The notes under the pieces were generated by a model. The model was not told where the DNA came from. It did no database searches and was given only the letters and a program-made list of their open reading frames with translations. Source: Tubulanus polymorphus (lineage: Eukaryota; Animalia; Nemertea). From it: a stretch of 64,000 nucleotides of DNA. Each line of letters begins with the position of its first letter. The stretch's first letter is position 1. The DNA lies in the NCBI RefSeq assembly GCF_964204645.1, contig NC_134032.1, positions 16,108,275 to 16,172,274 of the forward strand, in the 5' to 3' direction. This document shows positions 61,242 to 64,000 of this stretch, in pieces. The position numbers and the translations under genes were made by a program.

Positions 61242-61748
61242 TACTAATGTCTATTTCAACTTGACCTGAGAGCATTCCGGGTGGCCTAGCTTACTCATTT
61301 TTGGTAGTACATACCTGATAAAGGTCTTGGTAGGACCAGAAAGGACAGGCAGTCGACCTAAATCATCATTTTTTAATCCATTTGAAACTGTATTGAAGGA
61401 TATCCAAAAAGTCTTCACTGAAAGGGGTTAAATGAAGAGAAGTGACTCCATGATTTGAAAGTTTAACAATATGTTTCCATGCCTACATACCAAACTTCAG
61501 TTGGTAGGCATGGAAACATATTGCTAAACTTTCAAATCATGGAGTCACTTCTCTTCATTTAACCCCTTTCAGTGAAGATTTTTTGGATATTCTTCAATAC
61601 AGTTTAAAGTGGATTAAAAAACGATATTTTAGGTCAGCAGCCAATGCATTCTGGCCCTAGTAAGACCTTTATCAGGTATGTACTACCAAAACTGACTGAG
61701 CTAGGCCACCCGGAATGCTCTCAAGTCAGGTTGAAAGAGACATTAGTA
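61242..61748. mobile_element. ~505-bp foldback/palindromic MITE, probable TA TSD
   Basis: TA|CTAATGTCTATTTCAAC... pairs with ...GTTGAAAGAGACATTAG|TA; arms are ~245 bp with a short loop at ~61487-61503. Confidence 0.85.
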
Positions 61749-63660
61749 AGAGCTGTTAGTCTCATCTGTATTACTGCTGTTGCAGATCGTGTTATATTAC
61801 AATCATTGTCACTCGCTTGCCAGAGGTGAACAACTCTGTAACTAATGTCGACTTAGCGCGGTCAAATTCAGCGACAGAGTAAACAATACAATCAGGACTG
61901 ATGTATCGAGGTTTAAGAGTAACCCCTGTTTGCCCAACGACATCTGGCGGGGAAGCCGACGGCTCGATTACGATTACGATTACGATTTTATTTACACTCC
62001 AACCATTTCCACGGTATATGGAGGAAAACTATTTCACATGTATATACAAATATTTACAAAACAACATCGAAGTGATAAAGATTTAGAGAATGAAAACGTA
62101 ACAAAATGTATATACATTAACTCCTACTCCTACTACTAGTCACGCCATCTGGTGGCCCAGCGGGGCCCATTTCCGATAATTGAAAGGCCGGAACTGTACT
62201 GACCCCTGGCGGTGGTTAACGGCACACAAGAATCGGATATCGACGCAGCTCGAGTTGAGGCTTGCTTAAAAGCGCCTCCTCGTTAACAAATAACCGTCGT
62301 AATTAGCGGTAGAAGATGATCGCGAGGTTTATAGTCTGTTGATAAACCGTTTTACCGCCGACGAGTCGTCTGTCACACTATCGCCCAGAGATTTATCGAT
62401 CGTACACGAACCGGATGTGGCCGTCATATAAATCGGCGGGTTATACTTCCGGTTTTGACTTCCGGAACTAATAGGAGCATCCAACGGCCATCAGAGACAG
62501 GGGTCGGACGGTGCAGTGATTTCATGATAAATGGATGCCTCCATAAATCCCACTATGACATCATCAATTTTATAAGAAATCAGTTGAGTAAAATCACAAT
62601 GACGTCATTAGAGGATCCCCAGTCATATATATGATTTATTGCCATGAAAACATTTTTTCCAGCTGCCCCACAAAACGTGATGAATATATATAGATAAAAC
62701 AAAATAGCGGATGGTGAATTTTGTATGTGACTTTGATGTGGGGAATTATGATGTTTTTATTTTTCAATCACGAAAGGCAGACGGCACATGTGTCATCGGT
62801 TCGTATTAACACCACGACACTGCAGTGCGCCGTGTCGAGAGCAGACGAAATTGAAAAATTCCTCCCACCGTCTGGCGCGCTCGGCGACGAGATCGCGAGA
62901 AGAAATACTTTAAATGAGAAATGCGTAAAGCTTCTTAGCCGTCGAAATAACAGAAATGTTTTATTTAGTCACAAGTTGCCGTTTCACATAACTCTAATCA
63001 ACTCTTCTGAAAATTGAGCTCCACATTTCCCAATTCGATCCCATAAAGGAAATGGACGTTGCTGTGATACGACATTTTTTGCACCCGTATTGTTGAGAAT
63101 TTCGCTCAACAATATATACAACGTATCATAGCAACCCCAATTAATTCCCTCGAACGTAGTTCACTAACGGGTCAGTGCGCGAATGAAATTCATCGATTTT
63201 GATTTGAAATTCAAATTCAACCGACAAAACCGTTGGACGGATTAAGTCTTGATGAAAGAAAGAACTGATGAGCCGTCTGCCCGCACGAGTTAACGGATAG
63301 ATACGGGGATATGTCGTCTGGTGACGAAATGAAGTTTATCAAATATTCATCACATTCACACAACCGATAAGGTTTAATGGAAGGTTAATGAAGAAACTAG
63401 AATCGCGGTGTCATCCTATCCCTTCGCTGGGATTCGAACCTCATCGCGTCTAGAATATGCAAATTTGTTGTCTGAACTTCCACCACTTTTGTGACACAAC
63501 ACGCGATTAGGTTCGAATCCCGCTCGTGACCTTTTAAATTTGTTTTTATTCCCAAAACGACAATTATTCCCCCACTCCATCAGACAAAGGCTGGAACAAA
63601 AAATTATTGCCCTAACTATGATAGCCAGTAACCTTAACCCTAGCTCGGCTGTAACCCTAA

Positions 63661-63730
63661 CCCTAGCAGGACTCGAAGCCCACACCTCAGGCTTGCCAGC
63701 CGAGCATGCTAACCACTAGACCATAGACCA
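63661..63730 (-). pseudogene. tRNA-derived SINE head or tRNA pseudogene
   Basis: Minus strand TGGTCTAGTGGTTAGCATGCTCGGCTGGCAAGCCTGAGGTGTGGGCTTCGAGTCC (A and B boxes), followed by GGGTTAGGGTTA. Confidence 0.5.
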
Positions 63731-63790
63731 GTAGTGATTGACGGAGTTTGTAAGTTTGTCTCGTCAGTGTAGTGACTTGTGATCAGCCGA

Positions 63791-64000
63791 GTGGCGACTA
63801 GCGACCAGTCAGGTGTGGCGACTAGGGACCAGTCAGGTGTGGCGACTAGCGACCAGTCAGGTGTGGTGGCTGGCGACCAGTCAGGTGTGGTGACTGGCGA
63901 CCAGTCAGGTGTGGTGACTGGCGACCAGTCAGGTGTGGCGACTAGCGACCAGTCAGGTGTGGTGGCTGGCGACCAGTCAGGTGTGGTGACTGGCGACCAG
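63791..64000. repeat. 24-bp minisatellite running off the window end
   Basis: GTGGCGACTAGCGACCAGTCAGGT, ~8.7 copies. Confidence 0.92.

Overview
Eukaryotic, intron-rich genomic DNA, probably from an invertebrate animal (inferred from GT-AG introns, a SERINC gene and TTAGGG-type motifs). 0.3-12.8 kb: two tail-to-tail, spliced BCCT-family (betaine/carnitine/choline transporter) paralogs of about 872 and 850 aa. Their cores are near-identical including an intron, while the N-termini and a C-terminal, Cys-poor PLAC8-like module have diverged. One intron of the second paralog holds about 29 tandem 69-bp units, and most units read as a minimal type I hammerhead ribozyme on the antisense strand. A solo hammerhead with Penelope-like inverted arms lies at about 13.7 kb. 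18.3-29.0 kb: an 11-13 exon SERINC gene with a different minisatellite in most introns and two candidate symmetric cassette exons. 30.7-40.2 kb: a composite satellite of a 76-bp tRNA-like monomer plus two captured MITE families, with a ~3.5-kb higher-order period. 41-58 kb: no credible protein-coding ORF, but paralogous minus-strand exon-like segments with canonical splice sites, covarying hairpins, and three 4-5 kb tandem units carrying co-oriented CTCF-like motif clusters. 59.9 kb: a probable signal-peptide first exon, followed by a ~500-bp palindromic MITE. All calls were made by eye; no searches were run.
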